The translations under genes were made by a program, and so were the position numbers. The notes under the pieces were generated by a model, which was not told the DNA's origin, searched no databases, and saw only the letters and a program-made list of their open reading frames with translations. Positions 1 through 10,449 of a DNA stretch of 64,000 nt are shown here, one piece after another. The stretch is taken from the IMG/VR virus record IMGVR_UViG_3300015261_000001, positions 62,001-126,000 of that record; one strand, written 5' to 3'. Position 1 is the first letter of the stretch. Each line of letters starts with the position of its first letter.

Positions 1-2187
1 AGCTTTGACCAGGACGTGTTTGATCCACTGACGGTCACGCTGGCGCTGGATATCGACACGGTCAACAACAAGATCGCGTACGAGATTCCCGACGTTTACA
101 TCCAGAACAAACTGGGCGTGGGTTCGATCCGTATCTACACGTACACCACCAAAGGTGTGCTGACGAAGAACCTGACCGACGTAGCACCGACCACCATCCA
201 GCCCAACTACCAAGACTACCGTTACGGTATGGGCAATCTTGACAAGTATGCTGCTCCGCTGCGAAATGCAAGCGGTATTGCGTGGCGTATTGTTGAAATG
301 GTTCGTGGTGGTGTTGATCCTGTTCCGTTTACCGTGATGAAGCAGCGTGTGATTGACGGCCGCCAACAGCGTACTCTGCCGATCACTGAGAACAACCTGA
401 AGGGTGCCGTGGAGAACTACGGCTACAACCCAGTGAAGGCAATCGACTATGTGACCGGTCGTAAGTACGCCCTCACCAAGGAACTGCCGATTCAGGACAA
501 CAAAGGTTTCTACGCGCCGATGGCGTGCTTTGTGGGTAGCTATCTGGCTTCGGTTAACGATCTGGTTAACAGCGGCGTTGTGTTCGATAACGGTGCTCGC
601 ATCACCATCCCGCACAACGTGATGTTCGACGTGAGTGTTCCTACCAGCAAGTTGATCAACAAGCTGACTCAGGATCGTTATAACCAAATGAGCGGCGAGC
701 AGTTGGTTGATCTGTTGTCGAAGATCACTCTGGTCTACACGCCGTTCTATTACGTGATGGACACCACTGACCAACAAGCCGTACTTCGCACGTATCACCT
801 CGATGCTCCGAAGATCAACACGCAAACCTACAAACAGGCTAACCCTGCGTTGGGTCTGGGTGTAGGCGTTGGTCAGATGATGATCGTTCAACGCGACGGT
901 GGTTACACCATCACCATGGTGACTCAGTCGGACAACGCGTACAAGAAGCTGGAGAACGATCAGCTCGGTGTCCAGTTGTCGATTCATCCGCAAGACACCA
1001 ACAGCTTGGCCAGTATCGCTGGTGTGCTGGTGGCGGTAACACAAGAAGGTGAGCGAGTTTGGGAGTTCAATCTGAATACCCAGTTCGATGTGGATGTCAA
1101 TGACATTCTCTACTTCACCAACTTCATGCAGTTTGGTTCGGTACAGCTGGAGACCGGTACTCCGTTGACCGTTGACACCACGTTCATCTTCACGGTGGCT
1201 GGTGACAAGGATGTAACGCAGTCGGATATCGATGACAAGATCGATGACTCTATCTTCCGTATTCCGATGGTAGGGATTCTGGAGACGAGTTACAGCATCA
1301 CTTACGGTAAACGTTTGGCCAACCTTTATAGCCGGATTCGTCCGCTGGTAGGTGAGGCGCAGTACAAGCGTTATGATGCTGACATTCCTGCTCGCTACAC
1401 GTCGACCAAGTTCAAGCGTGACGAGAACGGTCAGTTGATATTTGATGAAGTGACCGGGCAACCAATCACCGAGTATCAAGCTGGCGATATCATCTACAAC
1501 TCTGACGGTACTCCAAGCCTGATGTATCGTCGTGATATCGACATCGTCTACGAGAACGGCGAACCAGTTATGCTGGAACCTCGTTTCTTGAAGTACCACT
1601 GGGACTTCATCGCGTTTGACGGTAACTACAAGTACAGCAAAGACGATTACGATATTCAGTTCGCTCAGGAGACGAAAGACTTCTTTGCTAACACCATCGA
1701 CCAGGACATGTTGGGCTTCACGTCTCAGTCGTTGGACCGCACCAACCTGTACTTCCAGCCTCGTAGCAAGTTGGGGTATCAGCGAGTGGTGGTGAACAGT
1801 AACTACGAATCCGTGCTTCGCCAGGATCTGTCGTTCACTGTGACCTACTACTTGACGGAAAGCGGTTATCGCAATCAGAACCTTCGGGATGCTCTGGAGG
1901 TCAGCACTCCACGTCAACTCAACACCGGCTTGTTTGGTGAGACCACAGTCAGCGTTGCGGCTTTGGTTAAAGCGTTGCTGGATAATGCTGGGGCTGATGT
2001 AGTGACGGCCAAGCTCAGCGCCATTTCAGGTGACAACACAGTTGACGTTATCAGTAACGTTGACGACCTGACTGGCTTCAGCGTGCGTAAGCGTCTGGAA
2101 CTGAGTAGCGATGGTCTGGTGTCTGTACAGGAGGATATCGACATCATCTTCCTGCCGCACGATACGCGAATGACAACAACGGTGTAA
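1..2187 (+). CDS. Large putative virion structural (baseplate-like) protein, 5'-truncated by the window edge
   Basis: Frame is open from base 1 for >720 aa, is beta-rich, has phage-typical codon use and ends at a convergent hairpin. Function is inferred from context only. Confidence 0.6.
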   Translation, partial: SFDQDVFDPLTVTLALDIDTVNNKIAYEIPDVYIQNKLGVGSIRIYTYTTKGVLTKNLTDVAPTTIQPNYQDYRYGMGNLDKYAAPLRNASGIAWRIVEMVRGGVDPVPFTVMKQRVIDGRQQRTLPITENNLKGAVENYGYNPVKAIDYVTGRKYALTKELPIQDNKGFYAPMACFVGSYLASVNDLVNSGVVFDNGARITIPHNVMFDVSVPTSKLINKLTQDRYNQMSGEQLVDLLSKITLVYTPFYYVMDTTDQQAVLRTYHLDAPKINTQTYKQANPALGLGVGVGQMMIVQRDGGYTITMVTQSDNAYKKLENDQLGVQLSIHPQDTNSLASIAGVLVAVTQEGERVWEFNLNTQFDVDVNDILYFTNFMQFGSVQLETGTPLTVDTTFIFTVAGDKDVTQSDIDDKIDDSIFRIPMVGILETSYSITYGKRLANLYSRIRPLVGEAQYKRYDADIPARYTSTKFKRDENGQLIFDEVTGQPITEYQAGDIIYNSDGTPSLMYRRDIDIVYENGEPVMLEPRFLKYHWDFIAFDGNYKYSKDDYDIQFAQETKDFFANTIDQDMLGFTSQSLDRTNLYFQPRSKLGYQRVVVNSNYESVLRQDLSFTVTYYLTESGYRNQNLRDALEVSTPRQLNTGLFGETTVSVAALVKALLDNAGADVVTAKLSAISGDNTVDVISNVDDLTGFSVRKRLELSSDGLVSVQEDIDIIFLPHDTRMTTTV

Positions 2188-2196
2188 ACCAATACT

Positions 2197-2230
2197 TACC
2201 CTACCAGCCCTTTGCGGGGCTGGTAGGGTA
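2197..2230. terminator. Hairpin between convergent genes (CCCTTTGCGGGG family)
   Basis: TACCCTACCAGCCC-TTTGCG-GGGCTGGTAGGGTA. Confidence 0.85.
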
Positions 2231-2247
2231 GTAGAGGTATTTTTGCT

Positions 2248-2964
2248 TTACGCGGTTACTTCGTCGGTGTGCTGCTCAAGATACTGCACGAACAACGCCG
2301 TTACTTTCACCATGCCGATGAGGCGACACATGCAGTCATCAAGACCGCCGAGAGCGTAAGTAGAAGGGTCGTTGTAGCCGAACAGGTTTTCTTCCATCTT
2401 TTCTTGCGCACGGCGGATGTCCTGGCGATAATCGTTGAGGAACAAGTAGTCCCCGCTTTCGATTGAGTCAGTTTCCTGACGCAGACCATCCCAGCTGGTG
2501 ATTTCGTTCTTGACAACCTTGTCGCGACCGTCGAACCAACCCGAACCGATGAAGTCGATGAAACGCGCTGGTTCCTTGCGGAAGTCATTGAGTTTCATCA
2601 GGGCTTCTTGATCGTTCAGATCTTTGGAGTTGATGATGGCGAACACGCGCTCAACCTGAGCGATGATCTCGGGGAAGGCACGGGAGAAGTAGTCCTTGGT
2701 GTGGACCATTTCCAGCGCAACGCCGAGTTTGTCGCTGAAGGTTGCGTACAGGATCGCTTCACCGTTTTCTTTCGGGAAGTTGCCCGACAACTTGGTCTTC
2801 AGGTTCGAAGCTTCGTTGCCGTCCCAGTAACGGTCGATGATCAGATAAGCCGGTTCGAGAGCGATACCGTGCTTCAGTTCTTCGACCACAGTTGCAGCGG
2901 TGGCACGGATTTGCTCAAGCTCAGTCAAAGCTGCGCTGAGGCTTGTCATAAGTTCTTGGCTCAT
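2248..2964 (-). CDS. Hypothetical helical protein, probable head protein
   Basis: 238 aa, overlaps the upstream gene by 4 nt, contains ALE motifs. Confidence 0.6.
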   Translation of the reverse strand: MSQELMTSLSAALTELEQIRATAATVVEELKHGIALEPAYLIIDRYWDGNEASNLKTKLSGNFPKENGEAILYATFSDKLGVALEMVHTKDYFSRAFPEIIAQVERVFAIINSKDLNDQEALMKLNDFRKEPARFIDFIGSGWFDGRDKVVKNEITSWDGLRQETDSIESGDYLFLNDYRQDIRRAQEKMEENLFGYNDPSTYALGGLDDCMCRLIGMVKVTALFVQYLEQHTDEVTA

Positions 2965-4478
2965 AGTGGTTTACCAATCCCCAGTTGTTTGACGAGGTTG
3001 TTGTACTTGGTACGCAGGTCAGCAATGTCGTGATCGAACATCTCACGAGTAGTGCCCGCAAACTTTTCCATGAAGGTTTTGGCGTCCGCCTCGGTGATGA
3101 AATCCATCTCGATGGTGGTGTAGCCTTCCTGGTTGGACTGCGGGTTGTGACCTTCAGCACGGGCTTGCAGGTTCAGCTCACGCAGCTTCTCCATGTCACC
3201 CAGCAGGCCGTGCAGGTACCACATGTGGGCGCGCGCATACCAGCGGGACAGAGAATCAACCTGACGTTCAACGACCAGCAGTTGGCGAGAAACCATCTGG
3301 CAGAAGTTGGAGTAGTTGCGAACACCCACCGCTACTTCCTGATAGGTGGTCACCGGTTGAGGCAAACCGTAGTAGTCGGCCAAGGCTTTCACTTTGTCAG
3401 CGTCAGTCTTGTCGATGGCTTCGCCCAGCGACTTCAGGTTGATACCCGACATGTCGATCTGGTTATCCGAGATCTGCACGTAACGAGCGTTCAACGAAGC
3501 GATGTTGCTCATGATTTCTGAGACATCGACCGGAGACAACTTAACAGCGTGAGCTACTACAGTTGCGTCGAGTTGCTTCCGAACGTTGTTGAAGCCTTCG
3601 GTCAGCGCTTCGCTGGTGAACTCCACCTTGTACAGGGTGGACAACAGGGTAGCCACTTCATGGGTGATTGCCTGTGGGTTCAACGCTTTCATCACTTCCT
3701 GCGCAGCGGTGACCAAACGGTTCACTTCAGGCGAGTCACGACCTTCAACATGCTCGTTCTTGGAAGCACGAACACGAGTACGGTTGTACTCATCACGGAT
3801 CACCTTCTTGTAGATGTCCGATGCCTTCACCACTTTGCCAGAACCTTCATTCAGCTTGGCGATGCACTGTTGCAGGATTGGCAGCGCATCCGACAGACCC
3901 TTCATGGCTTCTTTGTCGGTTTCGAACTTGGACTTCATCAGAGTCAGTTGACCCAGACGATCGACACCGCTCGGCAGTTTGCCGATGAAGGCTTCCAGGT
4001 TGTACTCGCCAGCAGGGAAGCCCAGACCGCTCAGAGTGGTCTTGAACTCTTCCTGCAAGTTGGGCAGAGAAGCCTCGATAGCTTTGTCGATCCGCTCGCT
4101 CTTACGGAAGCCGAAGATACCTTTAACGGTATTGGCCACCCAGGAGAACGCCATGCGGATGTATTTGATGATGCCTTCGATGAAACCTTTGAAACCTTCG
4201 TACAGAGTGCTGAAGAAACCTTCCGCACCCACGACGCTGTTGCGTTGCGAAGGGAAAGGATCGTAAGCCTGGACGTTTGGAAGATTCAGCTTGGCGGCGA
4301 TGGAGCGGGACATCTTGCCCAAGGACATGGCTTCAGCACCCATGACCATATCCGTCGCTTTACCTTGTTCTGTTTCTTCGTACAGCTCATCCAGGTCAAC
4401 CAACTGTTTGTCATCGCCCGGCAGGAAAGAATCAACCGGGGTAGACAATTGCAGGTAAGACTGAACTGGATTATTCAT
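2961..4478 (-). CDS. Internal head (inner body/ejection-type) protein
   Basis: 505 aa. Acidic N-terminal region with VMGAE and VVGAE|GFF, then an amphipathic helix shared with the ORFs at 8282 and 9380. Confidence 0.75.
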   Translation of the reverse strand: MNNPVQSYLQLSTPVDSFLPGDDKQLVDLDELYEETEQGKATDMVMGAEAMSLGKMSRSIAAKLNLPNVQAYDPFPSQRNSVVGAEGFFSTLYEGFKGFIEGIIKYIRMAFSWVANTVKGIFGFRKSERIDKAIEASLPNLQEEFKTTLSGLGFPAGEYNLEAFIGKLPSGVDRLGQLTLMKSKFETDKEAMKGLSDALPILQQCIAKLNEGSGKVVKASDIYKKVIRDEYNRTRVRASKNEHVEGRDSPEVNRLVTAAQEVMKALNPQAITHEVATLLSTLYKVEFTSEALTEGFNNVRKQLDATVVAHAVKLSPVDVSEIMSNIASLNARYVQISDNQIDMSGINLKSLGEAIDKTDADKVKALADYYGLPQPVTTYQEVAVGVRNYSNFCQMVSRQLLVVERQVDSLSRWYARAHMWYLHGLLGDMEKLRELNLQARAEGHNPQSNQEGYTTIEMDFITEADAKTFMEKFAGTTREMFDHDIADLRTKYNNLVKQLGIGKPL

Positions 4479-4911
4479 GTTCGCCTCGCAGTTCTACCAT
4501 CAGGTAGGCAACGAGGTCAGCGAAGTGCTGGTTGCTGGTTACACAGATTTTCTGCGGAACTGGCTGGCCGTCGACCATGGTTTCTACATCACCCATTACG
4601 GCAAACTCTTCGTTGCCCGGGGTCACGCCGTCACGGATCAGACCTTGACGAACACGAGCCAGACGCAGCTTGGCTGCTTCGAGGATCAGGCGACCCTTGA
4701 TCGGGGAAACAGAGTTCCAGCGATCCAGTTGGTTCAGCAGATGGTCCTGTTCTTCTTCCGACATGGAGAAGCTGTCGTGGAATTTCACGTGGTTGCCAGT
4801 CAGCGCACGGATGTAGGCTTCCTGAACGAACTCCGCTTGAGCATGAGCACAGGTGACACCCAGTTCGGTGAGGTGGTCACGATAAGCAATAACGCGTGCC
4901 AAATGAGACAT
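4471..4911 (-). CDS. Hypothetical protein
   Basis: 146-aa ORF tightly packed in the operon. Confidence 0.65.
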   Translation of the reverse strand: MSHLARVIAYRDHLTELGVTCAHAQAEFVQEAYIRALTGNHVKFHDSFSMSEEEQDHLLNQLDRWNSVSPIKGRLILEAAKLRLARVRQGLIRDGVTPGNEEFAVMGDVETMVDGQPVPQKICVTSNQHFADLVAYLMVELRGEHE

Positions 4912-4913
4912 GG

Positions 4914-6287
4914 TTAGATCCCTTTCAGTTGTTCCGAGAATACGGAGATTTCGTTGTTGTTGAGCGCCTGGGTGTAGTGCTCGATTTCTTTAAGCTTGAA
5001 GTCTGCGCCGGAGAAGACCCAGCCGAAGGCACGACCTACTGCACTGCCTTCATACCACGGACGCATCTTCTTGTTGATATCAAGCAGTTTGGTGATTTCG
5101 GTCACCAGCTGGTTTTTATCATTGGCCGGCATTTTCTTGCTGTCCTTCAGTTTAGCAATCAACTGACGGATGGCGTCTTCCATACGGCGATGGTCGGCGT
5201 TATAGATGTCGGAGTAACCACGGGCGAAGTAACCCAGGACGAAACTCAGAGCAAAGGTAACACCACCCACGATTGGGATGATCGCCATTGCAGCACCGCC
5301 CAGCGTAACCGGGATCATGGTCAGGTACATGAACATGATGGACGCCGAGCAGCTGAACAGGAAGTTCTCCATGATCGGCACGATGATACCGCGATCGGTC
5401 AACACACCGATGGCTGCCACGATGCCTTTGTCGCAACCCATGCGGATAGCGTACATGTCTGCCACTACTTCAGAGGTCATCTGAGTGACACCCACAGACA
5501 ACGCGCGCTGATTGTTACGCTGCACGGTCATCTTGGTGAAGTACAGCATAAAAGCTTCGTCGCCTTCGTTGCGGGAGAACTCCAGCAATTCGTCCTGTTT
5601 AGCAGGTTTCATGCCCAGCAGGGTAGCCGCGTCCTTCAATACAACAACGCGGTCTTCATGACGTTTGGCACCACGGTAGAATTGCAGAGCAGTCTGGGCA
5701 ACCAAGTTGTCTTCCAGTACTGTCATAAGCATCATACAGCCAGACCATGCATGACCCATCTCGTGGGTGATCGCACCGGTCGCCATACCTTCAACGGGCA
5801 CACCCCACTTTGCCACTTTGTCAGGCGGGAAGTACGCGTCGAGGTTGCGGTTGATACCGAGTTCAATCGGGATAGAGCAGAAAGAACCGAACACTTTGCC
5901 GGTGGTGTAATCCACACCGCCCTTGAACACTTTTGATTTGTTCTCGGAGTACCAGCGGTACAGAGTGGTCTGAGTAGCTTTCAACAGGTGGTCAACACCT
6001 TGATTGTTTAGCACGTGACCCGGAGAGAAGTAACCGGTGTCGACGTACATGTTGCCAGTGTCGAGCCATTTGATGGTGATGTTGTTGAAACCGATGTAGG
6101 TTTCGATCAGTTTCTTCATCGCTTCTTCGGCACTGTCTTCCAGACGAGACTGACCGTCAATCACACGAATATGCTCTTTCAGGACGCTACACATGGCGTT
6201 GTAAAAATCAGCATTCTGGAAATCGATGAACTCGGTTCCCGTCACTCGAGCATTTGGGAGTTTGGACAGGAAATCCATGGAAATCAT
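4914..6287 (-). CDS. Probable virion protein with M48-like zinc metalloprotease motifs and transmembrane segments
   Basis: THEMGH (HExxH), downstream SEVVADMYA, a long hydrophobic stretch near the C-terminus, and N-terminal VTGTE|FIDFQ putative maturation site. Confidence 0.7.
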   Translation of the reverse strand: MISMDFLSKLPNARVTGTEFIDFQNADFYNAMCSVLKEHIRVIDGQSRLEDSAEEAMKKLIETYIGFNNITIKWLDTGNMYVDTGYFSPGHVLNNQGVDHLLKATQTTLYRWYSENKSKVFKGGVDYTTGKVFGSFCSIPIELGINRNLDAYFPPDKVAKWGVPVEGMATGAITHEMGHAWSGCMMLMTVLEDNLVAQTALQFYRGAKRHEDRVVVLKDAATLLGMKPAKQDELLEFSRNEGDEAFMLYFTKMTVQRNNQRALSVGVTQMTSEVVADMYAIRMGCDKGIVAAIGVLTDRGIIVPIMENFLFSCSASIMFMYLTMIPVTLGGAAMAIIPIVGGVTFALSFVLGYFARGYSDIYNADHRRMEDAIRQLIAKLKDSKKMPANDKNQLVTEITKLLDINKKMRPWYEGSAVGRAFGWVFSGADFKLKEIEHYTQALNNNEISVFSEQLKGI

Positions 6288-6371
6288 GAGTAGACGCTCC
6301 TACGGTAATTAGAGACTTATGGCGCCATTGTTATAGCGTCTAAAAGCAAGCATAAAATGCAGGATTAGGCA

Positions 6372-8216
6372 ATGACTACCGAACCAGTCAATACTTCACC
6401 AATTATCGCAAAGGTGTGTAAAAGCGCCAGTTATTCTGTCAGTCGTATTCGTAAGAGTGACTTGACTTGTGTAAAGATCACCAATATTCATGAAGACGGC
6501 AGTCGTAGCAATTCGTTTGTTCTTCGAAAGGATTATAAACAACCTTACTGGATTGTTAAGGATGGTCGTCGTCTGTTCAAACAACATAAGGACTATATCG
6601 AAGCCAGCATGTGTCGGGAATACCATGCACCTCGTGTGGAGATTCCTTTTGCAGTCAAGAAACAACTGTTTGGTGTAGCGGATCATAAAGCAACGATTCG
6701 TGATGTTTCGTTGAGTCCACATGTGTTCGGGTTGGATCAAACTCCTCCGGTTCACATTAAGCAAGAGTTTTTCAAGAAGTACGGCGAATATCAAGAGAAA
6801 GAACCGTACACCATGGCCGCCTACGACGTTGAAGGCGACATGTGGAAACCGGGTGTGCCTTTAATGATGGCCTCGGTAACTTTCAAGAAGAAAGCGTTCT
6901 TTGCAGCAAGACGCGGGTGGTATCAGGAACGTCAGGATGCGATTGACAAGACAGTCCGTTTAACCGACGAGATCATCTTAGCCAATCTCAAGGAAGCTGA
7001 AGATAAGCATCTGAAGGATCATCTTGAGCGTCGTGGTTGCACTGTTGAATACGCTTTGTTCGATACTGCTGGACAAGTAGTAGAAGCGTGCATTAATAAG
7101 TGGCATGAATGGGAACCTGATTGGGTAACCAGCTGGAACGCTACTTACGACATGGAAGCTAATGAGAAGTCGTTGCAGGATGATGGTTACGATCTGGCTA
7201 ACGTCTATTGTGATCCGGCTATTCCTCCTGAGTACCGTTCTTATCGTTTGGACCGAGGTCGTACTCACAAGACCAAGGAGGACGGAACCAGTAGCCCGTT
7301 GGAACCTCAAGAGAAGTTTCCAAGTATTCGAACCATGGCCAAATGGCAGTGGGCGGACGCAATGTCGTTCTTTGCAATCAAACGTGCTTCCTCGACAGGT
7401 AAGTTACAGGACTACACGTTGGAAGGTATTGCCAAGTACTTGAACATTCCGGGTAAGCTGTATACCGGTGCTGGCGCTCACTTGTTGCCGGGTTCTCCTC
7501 AGTGGCACCGTTACATGCAGAAGCATTGGCCTTACATCTACTCGATGTACAACATCGCAGACAACTTCGTTATTGAAGAGATCAACGAGAAAGAAAACGA
7601 CTTCTCGCTCGGTCTTCCAATGCTGTTGAAGTTCTCGGAATACTTTAACTACGTATCTCAACCGAAAACAATCAGTGACACCTTGTCATTCATTGCTCGG
7701 GACATGGGCTTCGTTTGGGGTAGTACACCGAGTAACCGAGATAAGCACTTCACTGACAGGTTGCCTACTTTGGGTAACTGGATTGCTCTACTCGATACTG
7801 AGAAGAACGCCAGTGTGGGTATGGCCTTGTTCGAAGGTCTGATGGACGTCATCAGTACAGGTCGCACAGACAGCTCTGACATCGACGTAGAGGGTGCTTA
7901 TCCTCACGCGACACTCTGTCTCAACACAAGTAACAAAACCACTCAGATCGAGGCGTACGCGATCCAAGGGGCAGACTCTGAGAAGTTCCGGGAGATCGGT
8001 GTTAACTACGCATCCAGTGCAGAGGCAAATGCAATTGGTCTGTGTCAAGCACTGTTCCGTTTCCCAGAAGCTGATCAGATTCAAGAAGTCTTCGAGAAGA
8101 TCATGATTGAGAAAGGTCAGGAAGAACTCCTGAAAGAAATCCAATCTGGTGCAAGACCTCGTAAGCCTCGTGTCAACATTGAAGAATACGACGAAGAAAT
8201 GAAAGAAGCAGCCTGA
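6372..8216 (+). CDS. Split family-B DNA polymerase, N-terminal part (3'-5' exonuclease plus motif A; phiKZ gp82-like)
   Basis: ExoI YDVEGD, ExoII SWNATYDM, ExoIII YNIAD, motif A DIDVEGAYP. Motifs B and C are absent. Confidence 0.85.
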   Translation: MTTEPVNTSPIIAKVCKSASYSVSRIRKSDLTCVKITNIHEDGSRSNSFVLRKDYKQPYWIVKDGRRLFKQHKDYIEASMCREYHAPRVEIPFAVKKQLFGVADHKATIRDVSLSPHVFGLDQTPPVHIKQEFFKKYGEYQEKEPYTMAAYDVEGDMWKPGVPLMMASVTFKKKAFFAARRGWYQERQDAIDKTVRLTDEIILANLKEAEDKHLKDHLERRGCTVEYALFDTAGQVVEACINKWHEWEPDWVTSWNATYDMEANEKSLQDDGYDLANVYCDPAIPPEYRSYRLDRGRTHKTKEDGTSSPLEPQEKFPSIRTMAKWQWADAMSFFAIKRASSTGKLQDYTLEGIAKYLNIPGKLYTGAGAHLLPGSPQWHRYMQKHWPYIYSMYNIADNFVIEEINEKENDFSLGLPMLLKFSEYFNYVSQPKTISDTLSFIARDMGFVWGSTPSNRDKHFTDRLPTLGNWIALLDTEKNASVGMALFEGLMDVISTGRTDSSDIDVEGAYPHATLCLNTSNKTTQIEAYAIQGADSEKFREIGVNYASSAEANAIGLCQALFRFPEADQIQEVFEKIMIEKGQEELLKEIQSGARPRKPRVNIEEYDEEMKEAA

Positions 8217-8227
8217 TGCAAACATAC

Positions 8228-8271
8228 CCCTACCCATTCCCTTTGCGGGGAATGGGTAGGGAGTTATGCCG
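8228..8271. terminator. Hairpin between convergent genes, followed by TTATGCCG
   Basis: CCCTACCCATTCCC-TTTGCG-GGGAATGGGTAGGG. Confidence 0.85.
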
Positions 8272-8281
8272 CTTGTGAAGC

Positions 8282-9355
8282 TTAGCCGCCGAAGACTTCG
8301 CCCATAGCTTTCTGGACGCTGGTCATGCGGGACAGCAGTTGCTTGAAGCACTGGCTGAGCTTGCTCGCCAACACCATCAGGCCACGCAGAGCGCCGAGTT
8401 CAGCATTCAGGTTGTCGCTACCCTTACCAGCTTCTTTACGGCTGGCAATCGCGCCTTCAACAGCTTTGATCGCAGCACCGATTTGGGACTGATGACCTTT
8501 CAGCGCGCTGTTGATCTTGTCGGCGTGGTCGATACCTTTCAGCATTTCGTCCAGCACAGTCTTGGCCTGGGAAACGTTGCTCAGGTCACGAACACCTTCC
8601 AGCTTGGTAAGCAGGGATTGATCGCCGTTGCTGCTCTTCAGTGCGCTGATCATGTCTTTGATCAACGGGCTAACGGTGGTACTGTCGGCAGCACCTTCGT
8701 CAGTCTCGTCGACGGTGGACTTGAGAACCTTCATCACGTTGATCAGCTGGTCGACTTTCTCGCTCAGTTTCTTCTTGGCCTTTTTGTTCAGCTTCGGAAG
8801 TTCGTGAGCAATCATCAGGATCGCTTTCTTCTTGTCGGCGAACGAACCTTTGTGGGCTTCGTCTGCTTCTTTCAGAATTTGATCCAGCGCCGACTTGTTG
8901 GCGTCCGCTTCATGACCCAGAGCCTTCAGAGTCGAGATCTGCTTGGCCAGGGTTTTGTCAGCTTCGGCTTCAGAAGAACCGCCGTTTTCGAACACAGCCA
9001 GTTCGGCCTTGCCGTCGGTGATTGCTTTCTTGGTATCAGCAGCCAGTTTCGGCGCGTCACGTTTGAAGAAGAAGTCCCAGAGGGATTTGAACATCTTCTT
9101 CACGTATTCGAACGCTTCGTTCAGGCCGGTACCGATCGAGCTGAAGAAACCTTCGTTACCAGCAACACGGGCGCTGACCTGACCGCTGGCGCTGAGAACG
9201 CCTTGCATGTAGGTTTGCGCCTGAGTCAGGCTTTCAGTACCTTCAACGTTGGCCAGGGTGTCGTTCAGTGCGTCGAAAATGATTTCAACGTGCGGAACAT
9301 CAGGAACGTCGTAACCTTCCCCAGCGCCTTCTTCGAGAATAATCTCATCCATCAT
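8282..9355 (-). CDS. Internal head protein, paralog of 9380..10423
   Basis: PHVEIIFDALNDT..VEGTESLTQAQ..AGNEGFFSSIG, with an Ala/Lys-rich helical body. Confidence 0.8.
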   Translation of the reverse strand: MMDEIILEEGAGEGYDVPDVPHVEIIFDALNDTLANVEGTESLTQAQTYMQGVLSASGQVSARVAGNEGFFSSIGTGLNEAFEYVKKMFKSLWDFFFKRDAPKLAADTKKAITDGKAELAVFENGGSSEAEADKTLAKQISTLKALGHEADANKSALDQILKEADEAHKGSFADKKKAILMIAHELPKLNKKAKKKLSEKVDQLINVMKVLKSTVDETDEGAADSTTVSPLIKDMISALKSSNGDQSLLTKLEGVRDLSNVSQAKTVLDEMLKGIDHADKINSALKGHQSQIGAAIKAVEGAIASRKEAGKGSDNLNAELGALRGLMVLASKLSQCFKQLLSRMTSVQKAMGEVFGG

Positions 9356-9379
9356 TGCAGTCCTTGTAAAGGAGGTTGA

Positions 9380-10423
9380 TTACAGGCCGAAAACGTTCGG
9401 GATGGATTTGTTGATGGACTTGGCGTCCTCCATCATGCGTTTCAGCAACTGACTGTGTTTAGCAGCGAGAGCCATTGCTTCACGCAGACCGGTGAGCGTT
9501 TTGTTGGCGTCTTTCTTCTTGTCAGCATCGCCTTCGGCGATACGGCCCACGTACTGCTCGGTGGACTCGATGGCGTGCTTGAACTCACCTTCCTTGTCGG
9601 AGATGCTTTTGACATCTTTCTCGATTTCGGTGATGAAGCCGGTGATGTCATCCAGGAAAATACGAGCCTTCGGCAGGTCTTCCAGATCGCGGATGCTTTC
9701 CAGGTACTGGAGGCCTTTGGTCAGGTCGCCGTGTTCTTCTTTCAGAACGTTGACGTAATGGGTGTACTCGACGGTGTCGAGAGCCTTGACCTTTGCTTCA
9801 GCCTGACTGGCCAGAGCAACCAGAGCTTTGAAGATCTCGATCAGGTTACCCAGTTTGTGGGTAAGCACTTTACGAGCCTTCTCGTTCTTCTTGCCCACTT
9901 TACCAGCAGCATGTTCGATGTCGCTTTTGCTGGAAGCCTTGCTGATCTCTTCCGACAGTTCGTCCAGCTCTTTGCTGTCAGAGCTGCCTGCTTTCAGAGC
10001 ACCAACGGCACGGCTCAGGCTGGCCTTGGCTTTGCCGACGTCGCCAATAGCCAGATCGGCTTTAGCTGCTGCGGCGCTTGCTTTCGCTTCTTTGGCCAAA
10101 GCCGGTGCTTCTTTCTTGAAGAAGAAACCCCAGATGGCGGCGAACATCTTCTTGATGTAATCCCAGGTCTTCTGGGCACCGCTGCCGATAGCCGAGAAGA
10201 AACCTTCCATACCGTTTACACGGTCGGCGTTGGTGATCAGGCCGTTGGCTGCCAGGATCGGTTGCATGTACAGCTGAGCCTGGGTCAGGCTTTCAACGCC
10301 GGTGACGTTTTCGATGGTGTCGTTCAGCGCTTCGAAAGCGATCTCGACATGAGGACCATCTGGCAAACCTTCCAGTTGTTCTTCGGCCGGATCCATTTCA
10401 ACAGTAACGGTAACTTCGCTCAT
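9380..10423 (-). CDS. Internal head protein, paralog of 8282..9355
   Basis: PHVEIAFEALNDT..VTGVESLTQAQ..NGMEGFFSAIG. Confidence 0.8.
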   Translation of the reverse strand: MSEVTVTVEMDPAEEQLEGLPDGPHVEIAFEALNDTIENVTGVESLTQAQLYMQPILAANGLITNADRVNGMEGFFSAIGSGAQKTWDYIKKMFAAIWGFFFKKEAPALAKEAKASAAAAKADLAIGDVGKAKASLSRAVGALKAGSSDSKELDELSEEISKASSKSDIEHAAGKVGKKNEKARKVLTHKLGNLIEIFKALVALASQAEAKVKALDTVEYTHYVNVLKEEHGDLTKGLQYLESIRDLEDLPKARIFLDDITGFITEIEKDVKSISDKEGEFKHAIESTEQYVGRIAEGDADKKKDANKTLTGLREAMALAAKHSQLLKRMMEDAKSINKSIPNVFGL

Positions 10424-10449
10424 GGTAAAACCTCTGTGTGGGCTGATGC

